From Armatimonadota bacterium (GTDB lineage Bacteria > Armatimonadota > Hebobacteria > CAIYQO01), in contig JAGUZN010000398.1 in assembly GCA_020060775.1 (NCBI GenBank), positions 2,467-66,466 of the forward strand: a stretch of 64,000 bases of DNA. Direction: 5' to 3'. Both the position numbers and the translations under genes were made by a program. A model generated the notes under the pieces. That model saw only the letters and a program-made list of their open reading frames with translations, was not told the origin of the DNA and did no database searches. Below, piece by piece: positions 27,201 to 36,681 of the stretch; position 1 is the stretch's first letter, and each line of letters starts with the position of its first letter.

Positions 27201-28391
27201 ATTGAAGATAAAGCGATAGGTGCGGCCATCCTTGCTGCCGATGTTGAACTGCACGTAATCATCGCCATGGATATCCGCGTCACGGGGCAGAGCGCGGGTG
27301 AGGAATTGCCCCTGCGGATACCAGATGTGCGTCGGGTCTTTGCTGATGATGTCGTGCACCGGGGAATAAAATGCCAGGTACAGGTTGTCGGCATCGCAGG
27401 TGGCGTAGACTACGCCGGGGTCGAAGTAATCCACCACCCCGACCTGCCGCTCGATGAACGCGCCATGGCCGGGGATATGTTTCCACTCTGCCAGATTGCC
27501 ATCAGGTTTGACTGGCATACCGACCACCGGAGCCACAAAATTATGCCCGGCGTAGGCACGCTCGGGCTTGGTGACTAACTTATCGGGGATATTGCCGACC
27601 TGCTGCTTGGTCGTCGTATGTCCCCGCTCAAACAGCGCACGGATTTCTTCATCCGCCAGCGGACGCCTGAAGATTTGCACTTCGTCGATGACGGCATCAT
27701 CTTCGAATTCCTTCTTCTGGAAGTCTAACCAGGTCATCCCTTCCGCGGCCACTTCGAATTTCTCGGGCGTGGGATGAATGACGCCGCACTCGGGGGTAAC
27801 GCTCATCAGGTGCCCGTTGTAATAGGCGCGCGCTTCATCCTTCTGCCAGGTCAACGCAAAGTGGATCCAGGGGTTCTGTTTGAAGTCCGCGTCGTAGAAG
27901 TATCCTCCCTTCTGGCTGTAGTGATATTGGTGATGCATATACTGGTTGCGCACGATTTGCAGCGGCCACATGCGGAAGAAGGGGTGGGCCATATTATGTG
28001 AGTTCGGCAGCCCTTTAATCCAGAATGCCACCGTACCGGAATCGCCGAAGAGGTTATTTTTCTCGCCGTACATCTCGTCGCAGGCGCGCGGGCCGCCCTT
28101 ATAACCCGTGTAGTAGGCAATCCCGCTCTTCTTGCCGCCGAACAGATAGGCCTTGCCAATGATCCCTTCGACGATACGTTGTTCCAACTGCTCTGGCATC
28201 TCGGCGGGATCGGCCGAGCCGCGCGCTAACTCGGGATACACGCCATCCTCGAAGGAGAGATAAAAAAGAAGGTCGGATGAGTCGAGTGCGTGTGTGGGAG
28301 GAGAGGCTAGCATGATGCAGGCAGTGAACAACAGGTATAGACAGGCAGCGCTCATCATACCACACCAATGGTACAGTTTCATGGGTATCAC
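24240..28391 (-). CDS. Giant secreted protein (1383 aa): signal peptide, LamG/ConA-like jelly-roll, CBM-like and TIM-barrel-like regions; putative glycan-active enzyme
   Basis: Hydrophobic N-terminal signal-like segment. LamG-like region SFEDG...TVAFWIKG. A Cys/Trp-rich central region. Confidence 0.55.
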   Translation of the reverse strand: MIPMKLYHWCGMMSAACLYLLFTACIMLASPPTHALDSSDLLFYLSFEDGVYPELARGSADPAEMPEQLEQRIVEGIIGKAYLFGGKKSGIAYYTGYKGGPRACDEMYGEKNNLFGDSGTVAFWIKGLPNSHNMAHPFFRMWPLQIVRNQYMHHQYHYSQKGGYFYDADFKQNPWIHFALTWQKDEARAYYNGHLMSVTPECGVIHPTPEKFEVAAEGMTWLDFQKKEFEDDAVIDEVQIFRRPLADEEIRALFERGHTTTKQQVGNIPDKLVTKPERAYAGHNFVAPVVGMPVKPDGNLAEWKHIPGHGAFIERQVGVVDYFDPGVVYATCDADNLYLAFYSPVHDIISKDPTHIWYPQGQFLTRALPRDADIHGDDYVQFNIGSKDGRTYRFIFNASNTLVDSRDFDRTWNAQQIVWSSHADFNAWIIEAAIPLKEIGVTVGDTVDFNVLRSWKLFSSSQNALCADERSQPSPGKLSLRPSASASVASLGDAANGELTVYGSIIGPAGAYTVKLKAQGFGQSFEKEATITVEKGLHTFAVPYRLEQPGDIGLVVEILDPEGNGILNRSLPFVFVAPSVMELVNYPGWGKLEVTVKPLRPAELHAVVTLNKEGKTLETHEIQAFDDPAETVAFETKSLPVGKYEICARLFRGKDVVSEDRQPFEKEPLPEWYHNTAGVIDGPPIPWTDVQVNGNTVKLLLKDITCDPQLLFPRQIVTNGQSLFAGPVRLRLTHNGEEKVITAGSMKLTEHTRRKASWVSTAQDGNLQIRINGWIEFDGLTYMTLTLSGDQVDALTVEIPLDRKTVTMKNMAGMSPIGDKAIETVYGTYWFGNEQGGFSYFWDDQRGWELAGTHPAEMVPGPDEVTIKLKVIQKPVQLAKPRSLSFGWTATPSKPVRTDRRTLSLYRGISYTAGDYTYATPNYPKPTGKPEDYEHMARTMNRPDGPITCWYAFGPYQWIGSPEYAEWWREWRNIPSDLAKPDPNSTAWGPACHNSSASDLQIWLLDQFIKNYPQRAIYFDCMGNPHCKNLAHGCGYIDDQGILRETGTMLATRRHYERIYNLIKAADPKDGWVRFHDWGPNPVIVPFCDENWLGEGLIGPLRGTPEKNYYRILDMHTCRIWLTPWLWGHESSFLTEMASAYGDTPELRAGWYGRMLTPPKDGQHGEWDLPRWSDYEHVAGLGMIHDMWQIGGNDLQLAWMWMQEVCRMMRWDDHVRFLGYWQLGDALTVEGGAPEQIVCSVYYRPSGLPVPIVPEMRQQDRITTYRNFIVGEEVKQTLRELGESNDGWLVLVPMNNSDQDVTLTLKPNLGKLGFQKLANSTLIDLFRISNFSWQGPPGWYANAGDPEPPYITVNLQAASFTMRNGVAQITVPKRSFRALLLTP

Positions 28392-28607
28392 CTCTGAATC
28401 AGGAATACATCCGGGAAATGGAGCGACACAGCACGTCCGTTGTTGTGGTGGGGCCTGGATATTGTACGATTACTAGCTTAGTATGCCTGGTCCTGCACGT
28501 CAATAGGTTAGGGACTGCATATCACCGGTACTGGTCACTGATCGGTGGACATTTTCAGCATGAAAGCGTTCTTGTTACAGCAGATCTGTGAGATTTTGTA
28601 TTTTTAT

Positions 28608-28619
28608 GTTCGTACGAAC
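28608..28619. promoter_or_regulatory. Perfect 12-bp palindrome GTTCGTACGAAC in the divergent promoter region; candidate operator
   Basis: Exact dyad read from the sequence, about 70 nt upstream of the 28690 start, near a TTGTAT -35-like hexamer. Confidence 0.3.
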
Positions 28620-28689
28620 CCTTACTATGCAGGAGGTTGTTCCGTCATGGTGAAATAGATATGGTGAATCACCTTGTTGGAGGTCTCCC

Positions 28690-30123
28690 ATGAATACTGG
28701 CCTGGCTTCGGTAAAGCTGGGGTACGTCCCGATACGTAAATTTGTCTTCAGCCAGCAGGATGCCGCACGCTACAAGCAGCTTGTCGAGGAACGACTTTCC
28801 GCGTGGGGGGTGCAGTTCGTCAACATTGATGGACTGACGGACGACGGGATGCTCTATCGCCACGAGGATTTGCCGGGCGTAGTGGAGCATTTGCGTCGCG
28901 AGCAGGTTGATGCCCTCTTCTGCCCGCACTGCAACTTCGGCACGGAGGATGTCGCGGCACTGCTGGGCAAAGAAATGCAACTCCCCTACCTGTTATGGGG
29001 ACCGCGCGATGAGATGCCGCTACCGGACGGCACGCGCTTGCGCGATACGCAATGCGGCCTCTTTGCGACCAGCCGAATTCTACGCCGGCTGAACGTCCCG
29101 TTCACTTATATTCCGAATTGCCGCATTGATGATCCGATCTTTGAGCGTGGCGTACGCTCCTTCATCCAGGTCGCCTCGGTAGTCAAAGCTTTCCGCCGCT
29201 TGCGCATCGGGCAGGTGGGCCAGCGCATCGATTTCTTCTGGACGGTGATGGTCAACGAGGCGGAATTGCTGGAACGATTCGGCATCGAGCTCTTCCAGAT
29301 CTACGCCACGGAATTAGTAAAGCGTATCCGGCAACTGGTCGATTCTCCGACGACGGAGCTGATCGAACTTGTGCGAAAATGGCGGTCGCAGGTTGCGTTC
29401 GAACATTTATCCGATGAGCAGATCAACGCCATCGCCGCGTTAAAACTAGTACTGGGCGAATACGTCGCACAGCACCAGCTCTCCGGCATTGCACTGCAGT
29501 GCTTCCCGCTGCTGCAGGAAGCCTTCAACATCTACCCCTGCTTTGCGAACAGCATGTTAACTATGGAGGGAATACCCGTCACCTGTGAGACGGATATCCA
29601 TGGGGTGATTTCCTCTACGCTGTTGCAGGCTGCCGCGCTGTACGAATCGCCGACCTATTTTGCCGATCTCACTATTCGGCATCCCGAGAATGATAACGCC
29701 GAATTACTCTGGCACTGCGGCCCCTATCCATTAAGCCTAGCCGATGACAGCACGTCGCCCAAAGTAGGAAGCCACTTCATCCTTCCCGGCGGCGCCGCGG
29801 GAGTATGCCACTGGCAAATTCGCAAGGGCGATGTGACGATTGCACGCTTTGACGTCGACCGTGGACAGTATCTGTTGGGCTTCGGCGAGGGGCGCGGCAC
29901 AAGCGGCCCGGAGACCGTGGGGTGCTACCAGTGGCTCGAGGTGGCGGATTGGTTGCGTTGGGAACGCAAATTGATTCGCGGGCCCTACATCCACCATGTG
30001 GCCGGCGTACACGGCCATCTCGCCGCGGTGTTGCACGAGGCATGCCGTTACTTGCCGGGAGTGACGCCGGATCCCTTTGATGAGAATGACCGCGAACTGG
30101 AGGAGTTCTGGTATCGACTGTAG
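28690..30123 (+). CDS. L-fucose / L-arabinose isomerase family protein (FucI-like, about 477 aa)
   Basis: Size and sequence features of the short FucI-like isomerase family. GGAGG SD. Context of deoxyhexose genes. Confidence 0.45.
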   Translation: MNTGLASVKLGYVPIRKFVFSQQDAARYKQLVEERLSAWGVQFVNIDGLTDDGMLYRHEDLPGVVEHLRREQVDALFCPHCNFGTEDVAALLGKEMQLPYLLWGPRDEMPLPDGTRLRDTQCGLFATSRILRRLNVPFTYIPNCRIDDPIFERGVRSFIQVASVVKAFRRLRIGQVGQRIDFFWTVMVNEAELLERFGIELFQIYATELVKRIRQLVDSPTTELIELVRKWRSQVAFEHLSDEQINAIAALKLVLGEYVAQHQLSGIALQCFPLLQEAFNIYPCFANSMLTMEGIPVTCETDIHGVISSTLLQAAALYESPTYFADLTIRHPENDNAELLWHCGPYPLSLADDSTSPKVGSHFILPGGAAGVCHWQIRKGDVTIARFDVDRGQYLLGFGEGRGTSGPETVGCYQWLEVADWLRWERKLIRGPYIHHVAGVHGHLAAVLHEACRYLPGVTPDPFDENDRELEEFWYRL

Positions 30124-30134
30124 GATCGTGAAAT

Positions 30135-30166
30135 ACACCGCGCCGGCAGTGATGCCGGTGCGGTGT
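30135..30166. terminator. 14-bp stem-loop (ACACCGCGCCGGCA / TGCCGGTGCGGTGT) between the convergent FucI-like gene and the DeoR gene
   Basis: Inverted repeat with one G-U pair, placed immediately after both stop codons. Confidence 0.4.
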
Positions 30167-30169
30167 AGA

Positions 30170-30934
30170 TTATTCCGCTATAATGAGATTGACGCCCTTA
30201 TCTTTCAGTTTTTCCCTGTCTTCTTCGCTGAGGTAGGCATCGGTGACCAGGGTGTGCACTTGCTGCAGCGTGGCATACCGCACGAATGCCCGGCGGGTGA
30301 ATTTCACACTCTCAGCGACAATGACGATTTTGCTCGCAATTTCCATCATAGCCTGCTCGAGGCTGGAGATGTGCAAATCGATGGAGTAAAAGCCATCATC
30401 AGCGCTGGCTCCGTCGCACCCCATGAATAAGGTATCGACATGGAAATCCTTGACGATGCTTTCCGTGAGCGGGCCATAGAGACTGGGGTGATCTTTCCGC
30501 AGAAAGCCCCCCAGGATAAGCACATTGACCGGGGTACGGTAGAGTTCCTGCGCGACGCACAAACTCGTCGTAGCGACGGTCAGGCTCGCGTCATGCGGCA
30601 AATGACGGGCAACCTCGAGCGCGGTGGAGCCCGCCTCAATCATGATCGTTTGCCCCGACTCCACCAGTTGGGCGGCGGCTCTGCCGATGCCGACCTTCAA
30701 TGGCGACGGCTCGTTGGTCGGGAAAGCGCTTTGTAGGAAACGCATTTTGCCGGCAGCTACGCCTCCGCCGTGCGTGCGCACCAGAAACCCCTTGTCCGAC
30801 AGCGTGGAGAGATCACGCCGAATGGTCATCTCTGACACGCTGAAGTGGCTGGCGAGTTTGGCGACGTTGACGCGCTGTTCATCGCGCAGCAAGTCGAGAA
30901 TGGCTGATTGGCGAGCATTCAACACCATAGTCAC
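30170..30934 (-). CDS. DeoR/GlpR-family transcriptional regulator
   Basis: N-terminal HTH (RQSAILDLLRDEQRVNVAKLASHFSVSEMTIRRDL) plus a DeoR C-terminal sugar-phosphate-binding domain. Confidence 0.85.
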   Translation of the reverse strand: MTMVLNARQSAILDLLRDEQRVNVAKLASHFSVSEMTIRRDLSTLSDKGFLVRTHGGGVAAGKMRFLQSAFPTNEPSPLKVGIGRAAAQLVESGQTIMIEAGSTALEVARHLPHDASLTVATTSLCVAQELYRTPVNVLILGGFLRKDHPSLYGPLTESIVKDFHVDTLFMGCDGASADDGFYSIDLHISSLEQAMMEIASKIVIVAESVKFTRRAFVRYATLQQVHTLVTDAYLSEEDREKLKDKGVNLIIAE

Positions 30935-31141
30935 ATTTCCTCACGGAGCAATTGAAATTGTCACGTTCGTTCTGTGTCGTTGTGCACAAGTATACTCATC
31001 ATGCGGAGAAATGCCAAGTCTGCCCCGTTGATTTCCCCGTATCGTGTGCGGACAGACCGCTTGACAACCGGGATGTGAATATGTTTATATTAACTACCAT
31101 TCGAACACTAACAAACATGTCCATAGCAGGAGGTTGCACGA

Positions 31142-32509
31142 ATGCCAATGACTTCACTCTCCTGGGCTACGGTTGATCTCGCTACTGTGCCCCACATAGT
31201 TACTGATGCGGTTCCGGGCCCGAATTCCCAGGCCTACAATGCGCGCGGCATGCGCCATATGATCGGATACTCCAGCCAGGTCACGCTCTGCCCGGTGGTA
31301 TTTGAGAAGGGCCACGGCGTGACACTCACCGATGTCGACGGCAACGTATACATTGATTTCTCCAGCGGTATTTACGTGACCACTCTTGGACATTGCCACC
31401 CCCGCGTCAGCGAAGCCGTCGCAAAACATGCCAATACCCTGATGAATTGCCATGACTTCAACACGCCCATTAAAGTTGAGCTGTTGGAGAAACTGGCCGC
31501 TATTCAGCCCTGGGACCTCACTGGCATGCAGCTGTACGACAGCGGCACCACGGCAGTGGAGGCTGGCTTACGCGTCTGCCGTGCAGCCACCGGGAGACAG
31601 GAATTCATCTCCTGCTTTATGGACTTTCATGGGAAGAGCGGCCACGCGGTGAGTTGCGGGATGATCAATTCCACCAATGGGCCGGGGCGCGCGCAGGGAT
31701 TCTACATGGTGCCTCGCCCTTATCCTTACCGCCCGATGTTCACCAAGGCGGACGGCGCGATCGATACCGATGCCTACCTGGCGTTCTACGATGAGTTCAT
31801 CAATTGTGCGACTACCGGTAACATCGCCGCCTTCGTGCTTGAACCGATTCAGGGGTGGGCCGGGTCGATCATCCCGCCGGATGACTTCTTCCCGAAGTTA
31901 CGCAAGTTCTGTGATGATCGCGGCATTCTGCTCATGGTAGATGAAGTGCTGACCAGCATGGGGCGCACGGGCAAGTATTTCTGCATGGAGCACTGGGATA
32001 CCCGCCCCGACGTAGTGACCGTGGGCAAGGGATTCGGTAACGGCTTCCCGGTGACCGGCATGCTGGTATCCGAACGCTACAAGGACAGCATCAACAAAAT
32101 CTCCGCCTCCACCAGTTATGGCGGCAATCCGATGGCCTGTGCAGCAGCGTTGGCGAGCATCGAGGCGATGGAGCAGGAAGGACTGCTGGAACATGCCCTG
32201 CGCTTGGGCGACTATTTCATGGCGCGCATGCGCGCCATGCAGGAGGCCCACCCCATCATCGGTGAAGTGCGCGGTGTCGGCTGTCTGTTGGGCATCGAAC
32301 TGGTCAAAGATCGCACGACCAAAGAACCCTTTGCCGAGGCCGGAAAACTGGTGTATCAGCGGGCATTCCAGAAGGGTCTGGCCTGGGTGCCTGCCGGGCA
32401 TATCCTGCGCATGTCGCCGCCGATTGTCATGGAACTCGAGATCGCTGCCAAGGGGATGGACATCATCGAAGAGTCTATCACCGAGGTTGAACGCGAGTAC
32501 GGCTACTGA
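31142..32509 (+). CDS. Class-III PLP-dependent aminotransferase
   Basis: LMVDEVLTSMGRTGKYFCMEHWDTRPDVVTVGKGFGNG (PLP-lysine region). 455 aa. Confidence 0.85.
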   Translation: MPMTSLSWATVDLATVPHIVTDAVPGPNSQAYNARGMRHMIGYSSQVTLCPVVFEKGHGVTLTDVDGNVYIDFSSGIYVTTLGHCHPRVSEAVAKHANTLMNCHDFNTPIKVELLEKLAAIQPWDLTGMQLYDSGTTAVEAGLRVCRAATGRQEFISCFMDFHGKSGHAVSCGMINSTNGPGRAQGFYMVPRPYPYRPMFTKADGAIDTDAYLAFYDEFINCATTGNIAAFVLEPIQGWAGSIIPPDDFFPKLRKFCDDRGILLMVDEVLTSMGRTGKYFCMEHWDTRPDVVTVGKGFGNGFPVTGMLVSERYKDSINKISASTSYGGNPMACAAALASIEAMEQEGLLEHALRLGDYFMARMRAMQEAHPIIGEVRGVGCLLGIELVKDRTTKEPFAEAGKLVYQRAFQKGLAWVPAGHILRMSPPIVMELEIAAKGMDIIEESITEVEREYGY

Positions 32510-32597
32510 TCGCTATCGCGTCCCTGCACCGATCGGGGTATACTTGGGGTGTGCAGTGCAGTTGCTGCGCACCCCGCAGTTCGAAAGAGCATCGCGC

Positions 32598-34094
32598 ATG
32601 TCCTGCTGCTACCTGACCTTTGACATAGGCACTACCGCATTAAAGACGGCGCTGGTCGATGACCAGGGTCAACTGCAGGCATTGCATGTCGAAGAGTACG
32701 CCCTGCTCACGCCACGTCCCGACTGGGCCGAGATGTCCCCCGAGCGGTACTGGCAGGCGGCAGTCACCGGGGCGCGCGCCGTGTTCTCACAGACACACCT
32801 CTCGCCCACCTCGCTTGCCGCGATCGGCTTTAGTTCACAGGGGCAGACTTTTGTCCCGGTGGGACCGAACGGCGAAGCGTTGGCTAACGCCATTGTATGG
32901 GTGGATAACCGCGCGCAGGCCATTGCTGATGCCTGGGAAACCTCCTGGCTCTCCCGCGAGGAGTTCCGGCAGAGCAGTGGATACCCCTTCATTCCCGCCG
33001 GATTAACGCTGTTCAAACTGGCCTGGCTCGCGCAGCATACACCGGAAGCGCATCGCGCCCGCGCGTTCCTGCAGCTTCCTGATTACCTCATCTACCGTAT
33101 GACCGGTGAAATGGCGACCGATCGGATCATTGCCCATTTCAGCGGTCTGTACGACCTGCGCACTGGAGACTGGTCGCCGCGTTTGTTGGAGGCCGCCGGC
33201 ATTACCACCACACAGTTGCCGCGCATCCTCGAGCCAGGCACGGTTGCCGGCGCCGTGCATGCGGATGCGGCGGAAGCGTTGGGCATTCCATGCGGGACAC
33301 CGGTATGCGTGGGTTGCAACGACCAGTTGGCCGGCGCATTGGGGGCCGGTAATATCCGCCCCGGCCAGGCATCGGAAACAACCGGCACCGCGCTGGCGTT
33401 GGTCGTGACGACCGAGACTTTACTCGATGACACCCGTTTCTGTGTGGGCCGCCATCCTGTGCCGGGCATATCATATGCGATGGCGTTCGGCATTACTTCG
33501 GCTATTGTGCTCAAGTGGTTGCGCGATCTCTGCGCACCGCGTGAGGAATATGCCCATTTTCTCGCCGGTGTTGATGCTGTCCCGCCCGGGTGCGATGGGC
33601 TGACGATGTTGCCGCATTTTGCCGGCACCGCCTGCCCCACCTTTAACCCTGACGCGCGCGGCGTCTTCGCTGGATTGACGCTGGGGCACACGCAAGCGCA
33701 CCTCGCGCGCGCAGTAATGGAAGCATGCGCCTGCATGCTGTATGAATGTCTGGAGGCCGTGCTCGATCACGGCAGGCCATTGCAGAGTATACGTTCTCTC
33801 GGTGGGGCGGCGCGTAGCGATACCTGGCTGCAAATCAAAGCGGACCTGCTCGGTATTCCGGTCGAACGGCCGCAATGTGCCGATGCCGCATCGCTGGGTG
33901 CGGCGATGATGGCCGCAACCGGCACCGGACAGTTTGCGACATTAGTTGATGCGTGCGATGCCTGGTATCACCCGTGCCGGGTCTTTGCCCCCCGCGCGGA
34001 GATTACGGCCATCTACCGCGATGTGTACCAACAGTACCGGCAACTCTATCAACGCCTGTATGGCGAGACGCTTCCCGTACCGGCGCATCAGTAA
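32598..34094 (+). CDS. FGGY-family carbohydrate kinase (rhamnulokinase / xylulokinase-like)
   Basis: N-terminal LTFDIGTTALKTALVD. The ORF-track ORF 32118.. overlaps the aminotransferase, so the start was set at ATG 32598. Confidence 0.8.
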   Translation: MSCCYLTFDIGTTALKTALVDDQGQLQALHVEEYALLTPRPDWAEMSPERYWQAAVTGARAVFSQTHLSPTSLAAIGFSSQGQTFVPVGPNGEALANAIVWVDNRAQAIADAWETSWLSREEFRQSSGYPFIPAGLTLFKLAWLAQHTPEAHRARAFLQLPDYLIYRMTGEMATDRIIAHFSGLYDLRTGDWSPRLLEAAGITTTQLPRILEPGTVAGAVHADAAEALGIPCGTPVCVGCNDQLAGALGAGNIRPGQASETTGTALALVVTTETLLDDTRFCVGRHPVPGISYAMAFGITSAIVLKWLRDLCAPREEYAHFLAGVDAVPPGCDGLTMLPHFAGTACPTFNPDARGVFAGLTLGHTQAHLARAVMEACACMLYECLEAVLDHGRPLQSIRSLGGAARSDTWLQIKADLLGIPVERPQCADAASLGAAMMAATGTGQFATLVDACDAWYHPCRVFAPRAEITAIYRDVYQQYRQLYQRLYGETLPVPAHQ

Positions 34095-34104
34095 GGAGAC
34101 ACTC

Positions 34105-35262
34105 ATGGATACCCTTGGCGTTGGCATTATCGGCTTCGGCTTTATCGGCAAAGTCCACACTTACGGCTACCGCAATATCCCGCTGTTTTACGACCCCATG
34201 CCCGTACGCACGAAGTTAGTCGGCGTGGCGGACGTTGCCCCCGGACGTGCTCAGCAAGCCGCCCTGGACAACGGTTTTGAGTTCGGTACCGATGACTGGC
34301 GCGAACTCATCGACCGTGACGATATCCACATCATCGATATCTGCTCACCGAATAGCCAGCACCTGGAACAAATCCTTGCCGCTCTAGCAGCCGGCAAGCA
34401 TGTCTATTGTGAGAAGCCGCTGGTAGTTGGTGATGAGGAAGCTCGAAAAGTCGCTGCTGCGCTGGACAGTTATCGCGGCACCGGCCAAATGACCTTCCAG
34501 TACCGCTTCTTCCCCGCCACCTTACGCGCCAAGCAGTTGATCGATGAAGGCTTCCTCGGGAATGTGATCAGCTTCCGCGCCGGATTCTTGCATTCGGGTA
34601 GTGTGGATGCCAGCAAACCGATGGGCTGGAAGCAGATGAAATCCGAATGTGGCGGCGTGCTGCAGGACCTGGGATCGCACATCATCGATTTGATGGAGCA
34701 CCTCGTTGGACCGTTCGACCGTATCTCTGCGCAAACGAATATCTTGTACCCATTCCGCCCGAATAGCAAGGGGGAAATGATACCGGTGGAAGCGGACGAT
34801 CATGCGCTGATGATGATGCGCTTGCCCAATGGCGCCATGGGGACCATTGAGGCCTCCAAGATCGCCACCGGGGCAGAAGATGAGTTGTTCTTCGAGATCC
34901 ACGGCGATCAAGGCGCCCTGCGCTACCGGCAGATGGATACGAATTATCTGGAAGCTTACGATATGCGCGAATCGGAGCACCCGATCGGTGGTCAGCGCGG
35001 CTGGCGCAAGATCGCAACAGTCAACCGCTATGAGAAACCGGCCAGTGGCTTCCCCACTCCGAAGTTCAGCGTGGGCTGGATGCGCGCGCATATGCACTGC
35101 CAGTATACCTTTTTGAATGCGATCGCCACCGGACAACCTGCCGAGCCCTCGCTGCAGTGGGGGCTGCACCTGCGGGAAATACTCAGTGTCGCCGAGGTTT
35201 CTGCGGAAACAGGGCAATGGATGACCCTTCCGCAGCGGACGCTCGCGTCTTCATCTACGTGA
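34105..35262 (+). CDS. Gfo/Idh/MocA-family NAD(P)-dependent oxidoreductase
   Basis: Rossmann motif GVGIIGFGFIGKVH. AAGGAGAC SD 8 nt upstream of ATG 34105. Confidence 0.8.
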   Translation: MDTLGVGIIGFGFIGKVHTYGYRNIPLFYDPMPVRTKLVGVADVAPGRAQQAALDNGFEFGTDDWRELIDRDDIHIIDICSPNSQHLEQILAALAAGKHVYCEKPLVVGDEEARKVAAALDSYRGTGQMTFQYRFFPATLRAKQLIDEGFLGNVISFRAGFLHSGSVDASKPMGWKQMKSECGGVLQDLGSHIIDLMEHLVGPFDRISAQTNILYPFRPNSKGEMIPVEADDHALMMMRLPNGAMGTIEASKIATGAEDELFFEIHGDQGALRYRQMDTNYLEAYDMRESEHPIGGQRGWRKIATVNRYEKPASGFPTPKFSVGWMRAHMHCQYTFLNAIATGQPAEPSLQWGLHLREILSVAEVSAETGQWMTLPQRTLASSST

Positions 35263-35344
35263 TAGCTTGTAAGGCTTCCCTGATTTGTTCATTATATTGT
35301 ATGATATTAACAGTATAGTGATCAAACGAAGGAGAATCCTCTCG

Positions 35345-36670
35345 ATGCAGCACTTTGTGAAAAGAGTAGCAATAACGTTCATCTGGGGGATGATGCTACT
35401 GCTCGCCTTGACTCAGCCCTCCCATGGTGCGCAGAAACTCGACGCACCCAAAGAGGTTGCATTCACGGCAGCCGTGGATGGATCCACTCAACTGTACATG
35501 GAGATGTTGCCCGCCGGGTTCGACCAGGAGCAAGAGCACCATGTATTGATCGCGCTGCACGGGCACGGTGCGAACCGCCATCAGTATGCGTCCGATACGC
35601 GCGATGAGTGCCGGGCAGCCCGTGATATGGCCGCGAAGTACGACATGATCTTCATCTCCCCGGATTACCGGGCGTCGACGTCCTGGATGGGGCCAACGGC
35701 TGAAGCGGATCTGGTGCAGATCATCAGTGACTTGCGGAACAAGTATCGGGTCGGGAAGATTTTCCTGGTGGGCGCATCCATGGGGGGGGCATCCGCATTG
35801 ACCTTCGCTGCCCTGCATCCGGAGTTAATTGCCGGAGTTGCCAGCCAAAATGGCACCGCCAATCACTTGGAGTACGCCAACTTCCAGGATGCCATCAGTG
35901 CCTCGTATGGTGGCCGCAAGCAACAAATACCCGAGGAATATAAGAAGCGCAGCGCCGAATACTGGCCCGAGCGTTTCACCATGCCGGTGGCGATTGCCGC
36001 CGGAGGTGCAGACACGCTGGTACCCGCGGCGAGTGTTGTACGGTTGGCGAATATCCTCAATCAACTTGGCCGAAAGGTACTGTTGATTTATCGTGAACAG
36101 GGTGGGCACAGCACCGATTACGTCGATACCACGGCAACGCTGGAATACGTCATCTGCACGGCGCTGAACCTCCCATTGCACCATGCGGGAGCCATCGCAC
36201 AGGCCGGGGGGGTCTTCTTTGGCGGACAACGCCCAAGTATCACGGATGCCGGCGGCAAGGTTGATTTAGGGTTGAAGGTCACGGCGACGACAACCGGTGT
36301 GATTACCGCAGTCTATTTCTTCAAAGCGCAGGGCGAGGTCGAGAACTCCCATACTCTGCGAATCTGGGATGCACAGGGGCAGTGCGTGCTTTCACATGTC
36401 ACACAAGAAGAGACGGGCGGAGGCTGGCAGCGCGCCGTCCTCCCCACCCCATTCGCCGTGAAGGCCGACGACGTCTACACGATCTCCTACACCGCCCAGT
36501 CACATTACCCGGCCCACCCCGGCGCATTTGCTGCGCCGATTGTCAGGGAGGGAATCACAGCGTTTGCCGGCACGTACAGTTTTGAGGAGTTCGGCAAAGC
36601 GATGCCGGTGAAGACCCATCAGCAGATGTCGTACGGCATTGACATCGAGTATACCGCAACACATCCCTAG
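35345..36670 (+). CDS. Secreted alpha/beta hydrolase (esterase/peptidase-like) with a C-terminal DUF4082-like beta-sandwich domain
   Basis: Signal peptide (MQHFVKRVAITFIWGMMLLLALTQPSHGA). GASMGG nucleophile elbow. C-terminal VYFFKAQGE...HTLRIWDAQG resembles DUF4082. Confidence 0.6.
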   Translation: MQHFVKRVAITFIWGMMLLLALTQPSHGAQKLDAPKEVAFTAAVDGSTQLYMEMLPAGFDQEQEHHVLIALHGHGANRHQYASDTRDECRAARDMAAKYDMIFISPDYRASTSWMGPTAEADLVQIISDLRNKYRVGKIFLVGASMGGASALTFAALHPELIAGVASQNGTANHLEYANFQDAISASYGGRKQQIPEEYKKRSAEYWPERFTMPVAIAAGGADTLVPAASVVRLANILNQLGRKVLLIYREQGGHSTDYVDTTATLEYVICTALNLPLHHAGAIAQAGGVFFGGQRPSITDAGGKVDLGLKVTATTTGVITAVYFFKAQGEVENSHTLRIWDAQGQCVLSHVTQEETGGGWQRAVLPTPFAVKADDVYTISYTAQSHYPAHPGAFAAPIVREGITAFAGTYSFEEFGKAMPVKTHQQMSYGIDIEYTATHP

Positions 36671-36681
36671 AGGAGCACGAT

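Noticed and set aside
32118-32597. N-terminal extension of the FGGY kinase ORF overlapping the aminotransferase (possible fusion or frameshift)
   Set aside because: The extension overlaps the aminotransferase in another frame, and its translation is Arg/Trp-rich nonsense. The conserved FGGY N-terminus (LTFDIGTT) begins right after ATG 32598. The same logic was applied to 12923.. (NrnA), 33946.. (Gfo/Idh/MocA) and 35285.. (alpha/beta hydrolase).
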